DNA of 63,990 bases, the filler included, from Octopus bimaculoides (Eukaryota): NCBI RefSeq assembly GCF_001194135.2. It is 7 parts of 7 records of this genome, joined end to end, with 100 filler letters (N's around TTAATTAATTAA, not from the genome) between each part and the next. Parts side by side here need not be neighbours in the genome. Positions count along the whole stretch, not along the records: positions 40,808 to 50,366 come from NC_068987.1; positions 50,467 to 58,908 come from NC_068994.1; positions 59,009 to 61,488 come from NC_068981.1; positions 61,589 to 62,746 come from NC_069006.1; 3 more parts are not named here. One strand, 5' to 3'. Under the pieces are notes generated by a model. That model did not search any database. It was given only the letters and a program-made list of their open reading frames with translations, and had not been told where the DNA came from. Every line of letters starts with the position of its first letter. Position 1 is the first letter of the stretch. Shown here in pieces: positions 49,845-62,846 of this stretch. The position numbers were made by a program, and so were the translations under genes.

Positions 49845-50265
49845 ATGGCCGTCCGTTCGTGACCGAAGAAGACCATTACTGACCCTCAGGGATTTTGTGC
49901 GCTCTAGGACTAACTTATATTTCGTTTTTGCGGTTCCGTTGGTGGCTAATGAGACCTGCTCTTGACAAGCATACACAACTGCAAACGTTGCAGACCAAGC
50001 TTTCCCCATTCACCACACCAGAAGTGCGCTTTCAAGCAGTACGCTTAAGTTCTTCATGCTGAATACGTGCTCTCTCAAACGTGTCGACCCCTCCTTAACC
50101 TGCTTCCTCCATCTGTGGCAATGACATGCATTGTTCTCCCAGTAAGTCTCCAGCATATCACAGGCAGTTTCCTGGTGCAAGCTGGGACATTAAAACAGTC
50201 TTGTCCAGGCAAATACTGAATCCAAATGCCTTACAGGAAGCAGAAATACGATTATATATATGAGG
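49845..50265 (-). mobile_element. 3' end of an RTE (BovB-like) LINE with an internal deletion
   Basis: NRISASCKAFGFSICLDKTVLMSQLAPG (end of RT) jumps to WENNACHCHRWRKQVKEG, FERARIQHEELKRTA*KR and the terminal zinc finger LVCNVCSCVCLSRAGLISHQR. The 3' end is ttcggtcacgaacggacggcc followed by (ATAC)n. Confidence 0.85.
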
Positions 50266-50324
50266 CGGGGAGCACATATCGAGCAGAGGTCAGCAATGCC
50301 TGTGCAGAGTTTTAGGTCCAATAA

Positions 50325-50366
<42 letters not shown>

Positions 50367-50650
50367 NNNNNNNNNNNNNNNNNNNNNNNNNNNNNNNNNN
50401 NNNNNNNNNNTTAATTAATTAANNNNNNNNNNNNNNNNNNNNNNNNNNNNNNNNNNNNNNNNNNNNTATATATATATATATATATATATATGAAACACTT
50501 CGACACACACACAAATACACAATTGCACACACATACGCACGCGTTCGCAGACAGACACCCACACAAACACATACATACATATATGTGTGCAGGAATATAT
50601 ATGAAACAGATATTTTCATATGTATATGGACACATATTCATATACACAAT

Positions 50651-50693
<43 letters not shown>

Positions 50694-51633
50694 GAGAAAG
50701 AGATGAGGGGAGAAAGTGAGAGAGATATATATATACAGAGAGAGGCAGAGACAGATGTGAGTATAGGCGAATGCCAGAGTGCATCTGAAAATATGGACTT
50801 AGATATGTAAATCTATGCCTATGTTTGTATATGTGTAGGATACTCCGTGTATATAGGCTTGTGTGCATGAGGTTCTTTCTCCATTATATTCATTATTAAT
50901 TCAAAATAACTATTCGCCAAGGAATAAATATCTCGTTAGAAAATATCAACTCACCAGGGATACGAACAAATATATCTAACTTGAATACAAATCGATACAG
51001 AAATCTATTTCTTATACGATTTTATATTGTTAGAAAGCATAGATTATTATAATTACAATTAGCAGAATTATGTCTATTGCTTAAATCAGATAAGATGCAC
51101 TAATATACAATTTAACATGCTGTTTATATTCTAAATGTGAATGCATAAATTCCATTATGTCGCTACAAACTCCAGACCATTAATTAACAACGAGCGTCTG
51201 TGTATCGTGCGGTATTAAGATGGGAGATGTGACAGAGCAAATCTAAATACTTCTGGCCTATATCGAAATAGTTCCCTTGAGCTCCACTATATATAGCAGC
51301 CATAACTATCCAGTAATAAAGCCTTTACAAAAGCAACGCATTTAACAACATACACAAGCATAGATAATTGGTGAGGAAAAAAAACTCAAAAAACATCGAT
51401 AAAGCGGTACGTAATCTTGATTTCAAGGATGATTTGTTAATTCAACCACATTAGACATTAATTAATCAAAGAATACTGAAAACTTTACTCAAAATAAACA
51501 TTAATTAAGAATACTAAAAACATTACCTAAAATTATGTTAAACCTATACATTTCTGATCCATATTACATTTCAATTTGACATATTACTTTTGAATACATA
51601 AATCCTAAACCTTTCTTATACATGTTAGACCGT

Positions 51634-52020
51634 TTATTACCTCTGCCTTAGCGAAGGCGGATGTATTGTTTTTCAGTCGTGTTTGTTTCTTTGTTTGCCG
51701 GGGACGAGATATCTCAAGCACCGCTGGATGGATTCAGATGGAAATTTCAGGGATGTTTGTCCTTTTGACTGGCAGGGACTGAGTAGATTTCGGGATCGAT
51801 CCGGTACCGGAAAAAGTTTCTGGATTATTTTTCGGGGTTTTTCTTCTTTGTTTTTACTTAAGGTTTGAGAGTGGTCGGTTTTATTTTTAGTATTCTCGTT
51901 TGTGAGAGCAGTCGAGTTTATTTCAGATATTCTTATTTTAAAAATCATCTGCGGCTAATCGTTAAGAGGACGTTGGTGTTGCCTTACAAGGGGTTTTCGC
52001 TGTCTGAGTGCCCCTGTTTA
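51634..52020 (+). mobile_element. Non-autonomous Helentron-type element (HINE/DINE-1-like)
   Basis: 5' ttattacctctgcc-ttagcga-aggcgg hairpin, then a (GTTT)-like tract, gatccgg.accgg, and a 3' end ...ggggttttcgctgtctgagtgcccct.gttt. The architecture was recognised from recall. Confidence 0.5.
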
Positions 52021-55000
52021 ATTTATTCTTAGACATGTTCTTTCTAAGAAGAAACTAATGTAATTGTTGGAAGTTAGACGGACTTTAAATATCAAAGGGA
52101 TATATGTCCCTCAATTGGCTGTTACTTTTAACTCCATCGGTGTTTGTTTCTTTTTGTATCAATATCTGATTTAGACGTCCCTCCAAACATATTTTTTTCA
52201 ATTTAATATATATATTGAAAAGAAAAAAAAAAAAACAATGTTAAATTATTCTCTGTCTTCCAAAAATATAATTGAGTTATACCGATAATACCGTGGTGAA
52301 CGTTAGTGCAACTAGCTTTCGAAAGTCATTCAATGCTTGGCGCAATTATGTGGGGCAAAGCACTTATACGCAGAAGAATGTAATTGATTGTTGAAGTGAG
52401 AATAGCATTTTCAGCTAAAAAGAATTTTAAACTTTTACAACGTAAATGACTTTATACCGTGTGTGTAAAAAAGTCTTGTAATCTTTATGATTAGTTTGAA
52501 TATGAAAAGAAATTAAAGTAATATCATTCGTAATGTATATTTTGATATGTTTAAATTGAACACTTTGCATAATCCAGCATATTTCTTCGTGAAACATTTT
52601 CTACATAGAAGGATTATATTGACTGTTAACTTGTATATAAATATTTGTAACTTGTATATAAATATTTAACTTGTAAATAAATATTTGTAAAAGTACTGTT
52701 GGGAAACATTTCATAACCAAAAAGAGAAATATTTATGAGTCGTTCTTTTAGAGGATGTAACATTTATACTAGCCAGAGACTAACTGCGGCCCGTTAGAAT
52801 TTCTGTATGGCACGACTACCAAAAAGATTACCTTAGACCTTTATATCAATCCTGTCTGTTTCATGATGAGCCATGCCTCATGCGATATGTTTATAGAAAA
52901 ATGTTGACCGTCTCAGTAGTGGAACTATATGCTGTATAATGGTGGCGTTTGAGGTGGTTCTTATATAAAATATTATCTAATTAGTTATGTTAGCACCAAT
53001 ATTTATTCTTTTGAAATTTTAAAGTGGTATACATGAAATTAAAATTAGCGTCAATCATAATAATTATTGTAATTGACAATAATTTATAATTCGAAAAGCA
53101 ACTTCCCGGAATATTTTTACGAAGAATTTTCAAAAAGTATCTCAATTCATAGTTCTAAGAAATTTTTATTAAGGATGCCGTGTAAAATCTTTTGGGAGTC
53201 ATGGACATTTTTCATACAAACTGTTCAATACATATAATCTGTTAGTTTCGTTTAATTTCGTTCGTCCTTTTATCGCATATGAATATCAGAGAATACACCT
53301 CCGTAATTTTTCTTCGGATGATTTATCGAAAAGCAAAATGGGTTTCGTTGCGTGAAATTTAACTTAATATCACATTCATTGATCTGAACGCTGCTATTGG
53401 TGAATTCTCTAACGTATAGGATCAGATCTTTCATTATAGAAAGATAACATTTTAAAATATCAAGGGAAGTAAATTTCCAGTGCTTCTAGAATAACAGAGA
53501 ATATAAATTGGCTAGGCTGTTTGTCATTAACTCCACTACACGATTCTATTACGATCATACTATCCTTCCATAATTAGACAATGTTAACATTTAAAAATTC
53601 TAAATATAGTCGAATATAGATATGATAACTAACATTTAATTTTTCATGTACTTGCTGCAATTATGTAAAGGATAATGTCAACAGCTTCTCAGCCGTTCTC
53701 GACCGCTAATATTGTCGTCAGTTAAAGACCTGCCGGAGACAGAATTCCACAGTTGCGACGTTTTCTGAATAAATCACAGTATCTAGCTTCCAAGGTGGGG
53801 CATGCGGCACCGGTATCATACGGATGATCAAAAGGAAAGATTCTATTTGGAATGCCTTAATAGAGGTGTCATGACCCCATTACGTACACATGACCCTATT
53901 ACGTAAGGTTATTCATGTTTTTTTGTTCACATGTCACTCACATGCAGCCGCAGCCGCTAATTTTGATAAAATATTTATTATTTACACATTTCTTCTTACA
54001 TATTTGTGACAGAGTATTGACTTGTAAAATAGTCGAAACGGTAGACATCCAAGGGAAGTAATAATTTTCTCATTACTGAAATAACTATGTTAAAGGGACC
54101 TTCAAGCAATCTGATAAGCATATTTTGTACTGAGGAAAATTTACTGACAGCAATTAAAACTATACGCTACAGTTATTTTCTTTGCAAAGAGATCAAATTA
54201 GTCAATGAAGAACATCTACGGATGCGCCTTTACATAGTCGATCGAAAATAACAAGAAAAACATTCATTTATGAAATTTTCGCCTTATTTAAGCGACCACA
54301 TACTGGAAAATGATATGCTAAACAACAATATTTACATATCGAATATGACCAATATTAAACAATCACATAAAAGTCGACAGCACAGATTTTGCTATACCAC
54401 CAGTCCTGCTACAAATATCAGCTGCTTCTCATTCACTAACATATTTAAAGACATTAAATAATGACATCCGAAACAACAGTGTCAAAATCAACAAACTCGT
54501 GATCATATATTGAGCCTTGAACCTAATTAATTATAACCATTATTAAATATTAGTTACAATGACTAACGGGATTGCTATAATTTGTAAAGAAAGCTTCCAT
54601 TATGCTGAAAGAACGACCGGATGACATTGCTGATGGAAGCCATTTCACTGCACTTTTATCATTGGAAAATGCATCCGTATGAACAGACATAATTGACACG
54701 CTCCCTGTGAACGAATAATTCTGCAGGCAATGCTAGCAGGTATTCATGTCGATAATATCTTCAAAAGAAGTCATAAACATCACACGTTTATAATTTTCTT
54801 CTATAGATCTAGAAGCTAAATGCATCTTCCTGCGTTAGGAATAATTATATGATAATGGAAGAAGTGACAGGCGTTGGGAAGTGCTGAATCGTTACATAAC
54901 AAAGTATCCGAGTATATGAGTGGAAAATTTAATTGATATATAAAGTTGATATCGAGTTGAATTGCCATAAACTTGTCAAGCAGATATGATGCATAAAAAG

Positions 55001-55645
55001 ATAATGAATATTGTATTAAAAAAGATGAATATTGTATTAAAAAATTAACAACCTCATATTGAAATAAAGCATTGCTTTGTGCTAGGTTTCGAGCCATAAT
55101 TATATACCATTCCCATAAGTTTGATTGAAAATTCAGATATTCTACGTTTTACAGAAATATTACAATGAAAGTCGATATAGAACGGATTTTATTCTAATGT
55201 TGTTGTAAACAGATTAATGTACGATGGTTAGGGCTTTTATTCCGATTTCCTGTTAGAACGTAATTACCTTGTTGTAAAGCTATTATAGCTAATAACATCT
55301 AACGCAACGTTGTGATGTCTTTCATTATAATTCTCTAATAAGATTATATATCATTAGGAAGCGACTCTTTCCATACTCTCTAATATTTATAATATTATCA
55401 AAAAATCGTAATGTAATAAAGAGAAATACAAACGTTGAAGGATACGTTCATTTAATAGACTGTTAATATGTAATATCATTGTACTTGATGAAATGTATGG
55501 AATCCTTTAATTATAAGATGAAGGTGGAGAGATAATCAGTTATGTAAACAGCATTTGTAACGTGTTAGCTATTAATCTTAGTATACTAAATTAAGTATGA
55601 CAGATACATACGCGCGCGTGCCCCCCCCCACACACACACAGTTCA

Positions 55646-55805
55646 CAGGCGTGGATGTGTGGTAAGAAGCTTGCTTCCCAACCACGTTTCTGTGTACAGT
55701 CCCAGTGTGGGGTATCTGTGGCAAGTGTCTTCTACTACAGCCTCGGGCCGACCAAAGCCTACTGAGTAGATTTGGTAAACAGAAATTGAAAGAGGCCGGT
55801 CGTAT
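55646..55805 (+). mobile_element. SINE family B, 5' part; another diverged copy at about 56095-56440 and a head-only copy at 58665-58730
   Basis: gtggatgtgtggtaagaagcttgcttcccaaccac...gcaagtgtcttctactacagcctcgggccgaccaaagcc. Confidence 0.8.
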
Positions 55806-58800
55806 ATATATATAAATATATATATATATATAAGACTTAGCTTCAGCATAGGTGCACTCTACTAACTAAAGCATATAAAAGATCAAAAGATATACATTGA
55901 CGATAAATATTAAATTCAATATCGCGTCACTTGAAATTGCATATAGTTTCGTGAGAGAATGAGGGTTCCTGAGTCGAATATCAGTATAAATTATGAAGTG
56001 AAAATTAATTACCACGGAATACAAATCTAAATGCCATATGGCAAAAGATCCGCACACTATAATGTTGCTCTTGTTAAACTTACAACAACTGTTATGCAGT
56101 TGGCATGAACTTTCTGAATATGAAGCAATGTTCTACTATAGCCTCGGGCCGACCGAAGAAATGTTTGCGGATTTGGCAGAAGGAAACTGAAAGAATCCCG
56201 TGGTGCATGTATGGATTTATGTGTGTGTCATTTTGTTTGCTTGTGCCCCACTACCAATTCGCAACCGGTGTTGGTGTGTTTATGTCCCCGTAATTTAGCG
56301 GTGTTGCAAAAGAGACAGATAGAAATATTAATAGGCTTTAAACAAATAATACTAGTGTCGATTCATTGGACTAAAATTCATCAAGGCGATGCTCCAACAT
56401 GGCCGCAGTCTAACAACTAAAACAATTACAAGATAAAAAGAGAACACAAGACATTCTATTATGCATTCATCAATGAATAAAATAAGATAAAGCTTAGCTT
56501 AATATATTTTCTGCTCTTTGCTTTCATACTAAAAAATTCATACCGATCACATGTTACACGCTTCCTAGCTATTAATGGATTACAACGCAAAAGTCACATA
56601 ATAACCATTACCACTGACCCGTAGTAAGCATAACTCAAGTCAAACAATAGCTCTGGAAATAAACATGATTTCATAAAATCTTGCAACGTATATTGCACTT
56701 AATTTCTCATTTGATCAGCAACAACAGAAATAAAAAAAGCAATCCCTAGATGATGTAAAACTAATATGATATACACATAATTTTTTCAAGATCAAACAGT
56801 GCTAAAACTGCATAAATCTGTGCAAACCAAGATGGTGCAATATAACTATGCATAAATCTCTTTATAAGAACGTGGTGACACTTTAATAATAAAGACAATA
56901 TTCGATATGGAACCGAAGCAAACAAAAAACAAACAAAAATCAAGTAACGAGACCGGGTACACGTTTTACTTATTCGAATAGCAAAGCAATTGACTATCGT
57001 TCATAAAACATAGGGTTTATGACATTCAGAAGAGTATGATCGTGTAGGAAAAGAGCTTCAAAAAATAAAATTAAGTGGATGCAACATCCATGAGGTAAAG
57101 AAGTGGAAGTTAAATATCAAAGGATTTTCCTTGCGTAATGAAAGCAATAAGCTATTTGATGGCACAGAAACACGATGGAAAGTTTTGAGCAAAGTGAATG
57201 GGACAGTGGATCGAATATACGCAGTACAATATGGCAGCTCAATGGAACGGGGGGGGGAACAGGTAGAAAATCCTATAGTCGAAACTATGTTTAGATTTAC
57301 AAGTGCTACAGAACGCTGTATGCAACACTACAAACTAGCAGAGGACCTACAAGTAACAAGATTGTCGATTTCTGATTAAGTTGCTTGAATAATCCCTATG
57401 ATCGTATGGTGACATTTTTCAGTAACGTGGTAAGTGGATAAAAATTAGTATTGGAATGTATACTACCACCAGATATAGTCTTTTTCCCCTACATATTGGT
57501 TAATTATCTGGAGAATTATAATATTGCATATGAAGGAAGAAACCTACCGGAAAAAAAGTTAAGAACCAGTTACTTGTAAACTTGGCACGTATAAGCGGAA
57601 AACGAGCTTGTGTTTTCTTGGATAGTTAACCTAGTGACATTGTTGTTCCACATTATCGCATACTGCAGGCATCTGGATATATAAACAAATCATTCGAAAT
57701 GCTAACAGATTACTCAACCATATCATCTCAGAATGGAAATCAACCAAATAATTACATGACAGATAGGGTATAATTAAAATTAACGTTATACATTTAAGGA
57801 GACTTATTATCTCTTGAATTATTTTGACAAGATATATAATGCTTATATATGTCATAAATAATGTGCTTTAAAAAGTTGACTGAAATATTTTTACTGTATT
57901 GAAAAAAAATCACCAAGGAAGCTTATTACAAATTTAGTTAATAAATTCAATAAAACCAAGACGGTAAAGTGCATTAGGGATTATAGAAATATAACAAATC
58001 TATTGTTAGAAAAGATTACTAAAATGGAGGACTTTAAATTGGATAAACAACGGAAATAGAAAAGAACAGACGAGAACGACACATAAATACTTCGGAGTAG
58101 ATGAGACTGATTAATCAACACACAGAAATGAAGGAGAAAATATATAAAACTAAAAGAAACATACGAAAACAGAATGGTTAGCCTAATGAACTTATTGCTA
58201 GAAATAGTATGATAGGTATAAATACACCAGAAATCCCAGTTATTCGATATATTAAACTGGGAAGTGTGTGAATAGAAAAGTTTAGGCAGACAAATGGGGG
58301 AAAGTACAGAAAGCATTCCGAAACCACCTCTCTGCACCCAGTGTAGATAGTGTCCGATACAGTTTTCAGAAATACTACAATTATGGTGCTACGGAAATAC
58401 TTGGAGACAATCAAAAGGAAGCTGATTAGTATAACAAAGTAAATATCAAACAATACAAAAGAAACACTAATTTCTATTTACGGAAACGACAAAGTTCAAA
58501 CTAACACTGATACACACAGACATACACAGATACACACACACACACACATACACATAGAATCAAAGGAAGACATAGATGTTTAAAAATTCAGAAAATACAT
58601 TTCGTACTTATTAATACTGAGAGAAGAGTACACTGAGGACAAAAATGTGCGAATAAGCATTCCAAGGCGCAGGAGTGGCTGTGTGGTAAGTAGCTTGCTT
58701 ACCAACCACATGGTTCCGGGTTCAGTCCCCCCCACATACATATATATATATAAACTGATACATAGACACACATTATTTATGTATATATTTGCATAAATAT

Positions 58801-59008
58801 TTGTATGTGTACATATATATATATGTGTGTATTTATGTGTGTGTGTGTATACATATATTTATACACAGATAGATATATACATATATATGTATATATATAT
58901 ATATATATNNNNNNNNNNNNNNNNNNNNNNNNNNNNNNNNNNNNNNNNNNNNTTAATTAATTAANNNNNNNNNNNNNNNNNNNNNNNNNNNNNNNNNNNN
59001 NNNNNNNN

Positions 59009-60699
59009 AAAAACAGTTTAAGTATTAAAATACATATATTTAAGAATTTACAAAATATTGGAGAGGAACTGACCCATCTTTTTGACATGTTTTCTCTCTT
59101 GTGTGTAGCTAGGGAATGTTGGCTATTTTAAGGGACAGTGTGGGAGGCTGGTTGGGGTGGGAGGAAGGAAGAGCAATGTAGAATTAAAAGGATTTTTTGT
59201 GTTGTTTTATGGGCTAGTCTGTCATGGTTCAATGGTGTTTGGTACTGGTCTTAGGGGTCAGAATGTCTCTGTGCACGTCTCTATGTGTGTGTGTGTGTGT
59301 ATACATGTGTTTGTGTTTGTGTGTGTGGGCCGTTTTTGATTGGTCCCAAAGTTTTTTGTAGCGTGTGTATATGTGTGCACGTTTGTGTGTGTGTGTGTGT
59401 GTGTCATTAATATTTGTTAGGGTGTTGTGTGTGTGCATGTGTGTGTATGTGTTTGTTCGAGTGTGTGTATGTGTGTGTCTGTGAGTGCGTGTGTATGTGT
59501 GTTTGTGTTTTTTTTGTGTTGGTGGGGATGTTCTGTGTGTGTATGTGAGTGTGTGTATGTGAGAGTGTGTGTGTGTGTCTCTGTCTGAGTATGTATGTGT
59601 TGTTTTAATTGTCCTTGTAGTGTGTGTGAGCAACCGTATGTATGTGTGTGTGTGTGTGTGAGTGTGTATGTGTGTGCTGTATTTATTAGGTTTCTTTGTG
59701 TGTCGGGTTTATCCGGGTGGTGTGTATGTGCGTTTTGTGTATGTTGGTACTGAGTATGCGTTTGTGTGTGTATGTGTGTGTATGTGGGTATGGTTTATGT
59801 AGTTTCCGGCTGTGTGTCTGCACATGTGTGTGTGTGCACGCTGTAATTGTGAGTGATTAGTTTTCTTTGTATTGTTATTGCAGTGTGTGTGTGTATATAT
59901 ACGTGTGGGTGTGTTTATGTGACTGCGTCTATGTGTCTTGTATTTTTCGAGTAGGTGTCATTGTGTGTGTGCATGCTTGTATGTTTGTGAGTCTTTGTTG
60001 TGGTTGTTGGGATTGTATTGTGTGTGTTTTTCTTTTGAGTGTGTGTGTGTGTGTCATTTTTTACTGGAGAACGGGCGTATGGTGTTTGTGTGTGTGTACA
60101 TATGTGTGCATATATGTGTGTGTGAATGTGATTTGTAATTGTCGGGGTAGTGTGTAGGTGTGTGTATGTACATGTTTACGCATGTGAGTGTTGGTTATGG
60201 TTGCTGGAATCGTATTGTGAGTGTATATATGCATGTGTCTTTTCTTGGAATGTGTGTGGGTTTGTGCTCTAGTGTGGGGATATTGTGACTGTGTGTGTAT
60301 ATGTATGTGTGTGTGTTTGCGTCGGATGTCTGCATTGTATTTGTGTGTGTTTGTTTTTTTGTACATCTGTGTGTGTTTGCTTTGGGTGTGGACCTGGGGA
60401 GGGGATTATGTTAGAGTGTGTTGAGTTGTGGTCTGTATTTTTGAATAAGATTATTTTTCCTATTTATTCGTGTTTGGTCAGTGATGTTGTCCGGGCATTG
60501 GTATAATGGGAAAACTAGGAATTTGGGGGACTTGTTTTGTGCACAGAAATCTAAGTGTCCACTGAGTGGTATATGTCTTGTGGTGGTATCCCTCAATTGT
60601 TGGCAGTGGACTGTCATCCTTTCTCTGAGGGTAAGGCTCGTTTGCCCTATGTAATCTTTGTGGCACCCTTCACACCTTATGGTATAAAGTAAATTATTT
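59009..60699 (-). mobile_element. 3' end of a Penelope-like element: GIY-YIG endonuclease (60411-60699) and a long CA-rich downstream region
   Basis: NNLLYTIRCEGCHKDYIGQTSLTLRERMTVH...SGHLDFC...NLIQKYRPQLN*. This is the PLE-type GIY-YIG with CxxC between the two half-motifs. Treating the downstream 1.4 kb as the UTR is an inference. Confidence 0.8.
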
Positions 60700-61129
60700 N
60701 NNNNNNNNNNNNNNNNNNNNNNNNNNNNNNNNNNNNNNNNNNNNNNNNNNNNNNNNNNNNNNNNNNNNNNNNNNNNNNNNNNNNNNNNNNNNNNNNNNNN
60801 NNNNNNNNNNNNNNNNNNNNNNNNNNNNNNNNNNNNNNNNNNNNNNNNNNNNNNNNNNNNNNNNNNNNNNNNNNNNNNNNNNNNNNNNNNNNNNNNNNNN
60901 NNNNNNNNNNNNNNNNNNNNNNNNNNNNNNNNNNNNNNNNNNNNNNNNNNNNNNNNNNNNNNNNNNNNNNNNNNNNNNNNNNNNNNNNNNNNNNNNNNNN
61001 NNNNNNNNNNNNNNNNNNNNNNNNNNNNNNNNNNNNNNNNNNNNNNNNNNNNNNNNNTACCCACATATAACACCCCCATCAACACAAAGCACACAAACAT
61101 ACACACGCACACACACAGACGCACACATA

Positions 61130-61488
61130 CATACACAGACGCACACATACATACGGTTGCTCACACAGACACACACCACAAGGACAATTAAAACAACACA
61201 TACATATTCAGACAGAGACACACACACACACTCTCACATACACACACAGAACATCCCTACCAACACAAAAACACACAATTACACATACACACGCACTCAC
61301 AGACGTACACATACACACACGCGAGCAAACACACACACACAACACAACACCCTAACAAATATTAATCACACACACACACACACACGTGCACACATATACA
61401 CACTCTACAAAAAACTTTGGGACCAATCAAAAACGGCCCACGCACACAGACACAAACATATGCATATACACACACACACACACACACA
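61130..61488 (+). repeat. Inverted, diverged copy of 59295-59660
   Basis: Shared unique anchors: catacggttgctcacac, caaggacaattaaaacaacacatacata, caccctaacaaatattaat and ctacaaaaaactttgggaccaatcaaaaacggccc. Confidence 0.88.
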
Positions 61489-61753
61489 NNNNNNNNNNNN
61501 NNNNNNNNNNNNNNNNNNNNNNNNNNNNNNNNTTAATTAATTAANNNNNNNNNNNNNNNNNNNNNNNNNNNNNNNNNNNNNNNNNNNNACGGCGATTTTG
61601 TTGAATAAATTTACTCTTTATTATCAAAAGATATTTTAATGTAATTTTGGTAAATATACCTGTTAAAATGAGATGTCAGTGTTATTTTCATTTTTGCGTA
61701 ATTTAGACGACAATTTATTCACCACACCCTGTGTGTGTGTATATATATGTATA

Positions 61754-61965
61754 AGGCGAGCTGGCAGAAATGTTAGCACGCCACGTGAAATGCTTAGCAG
61801 TATTTCGTCTGACTTTACGTTCTGAGTTCAAATTCCGCCGAGGTCGACTTTGCTTTTCATTCTTTCAGGGTCGATAAATTAAGTACCAGTTGCATACTGG
61901 GGTCAATCTAATCAACTAGTCCCCTCCCCCCAAATTTCGGGCTTGTGCCTAGAGTAGAAAAGAAT
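61754..61965 (+). mobile_element. SINE family C monomer with C2 tail
   Basis: ggcgagctggcagaaatgttagcac...gagttcaaattccgccgagg...cttgtgcctagagtagaaaagaat. Confidence 0.88.
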
Positions 61966-62107
61966 ATATATCATCATCATCATCATCATCATCGTTTAAC
62001 GTCCGCTNNNNNNNNNNNNNNNNNNNNNNNNNNNNNNNNNNNNNNNNNNNNNNNNNNNNNNNNNNNNNNNNNNNNNNNNNNNNNNNNNNNNNNNNNNNNN
62101 NNNNNNN

Positions 62108-62216
62108 TTTTCTTATCAGAACGATCAGAGTGAGTTTTCCGAGCTGCCGTACCTTCATAATTACCGTTACATTCATCTTTCTGAATCCTTTGCACTGTCC
62201 TCAAATTGACACTCAG
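62108..62216 (-). mobile_element. N-terminal HTH fragment of a Tc1/mariner-superfamily transposase (DD37D/maT-like)
   Basis: LSVNLRTVQRIQKDECNGNYEGTAARKTHSDRSDKK, cut off by a gap. The family was recognised from recall; the catalytic domain is not visible. Confidence 0.6.
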
Positions 62217-62550
62217 AACTAGACATCAGCAGAATTGAAATTCAGAACATAAAACCGAAAGAAACACTCCTGAGCAGTTTATTCATCCTGCTAACAATTC
62301 TGCCATCTTGCCATCACCACGCCACCAGCTGTTAGGGTCTGAGGAAACACTGTAAAGCTAAGGGCTTTATGGACGCAAAACCTAGGGTAACCCCATAGCC
62401 CAGCCATAACGATCTTTATGTAATTACTCCTCTACTCTATAACTCAGAATGTGCTTCTCTTTCGGATTTATGATTTACTGACGACACACACACACACACA
62501 CACACGCATTTTGCAAGATTCCTGATGTGAAATCGTGTGTTGAAACAGAT

Positions 62551-62645
62551 ATTGTTATATTTTGGGATGGTCGTATTTTTTTGTCAATCAACCACCCACA
62601 TCTGGTTAATTGACAAAACATATGACCATCCCTAAATATAACAAT
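62551..62645. mobile_element. Collapsed MITE-like hairpin: 42-43-bp arms around a 10-nt loop
   Basis: attgttatattttgggatggtcgta...gtcaatcaacc pairs with ggttaattgac...tatgaccatccctaaatataacaat, with 4 mismatches and 1 bulge. Confidence 0.65.
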
Positions 62646-62647
62646 AT

Positions 62648-62682
<35 letters not shown>

Positions 62683-62846
62683 TATAGATAGCTAGCTAGA
62701 TAGATAGATATATCAATTTAAATAAGAGCTATAACGTGATCCATCGNNNNNNNNNNNNNNNNNNNNNNNNNNNNNNNNNNNNNNNNNNNNTTAATTAATT
62801 AANNNNNNNNNNNNNNNNNNNNNNNNNNNNNNNNNNNNNNNNNNNN

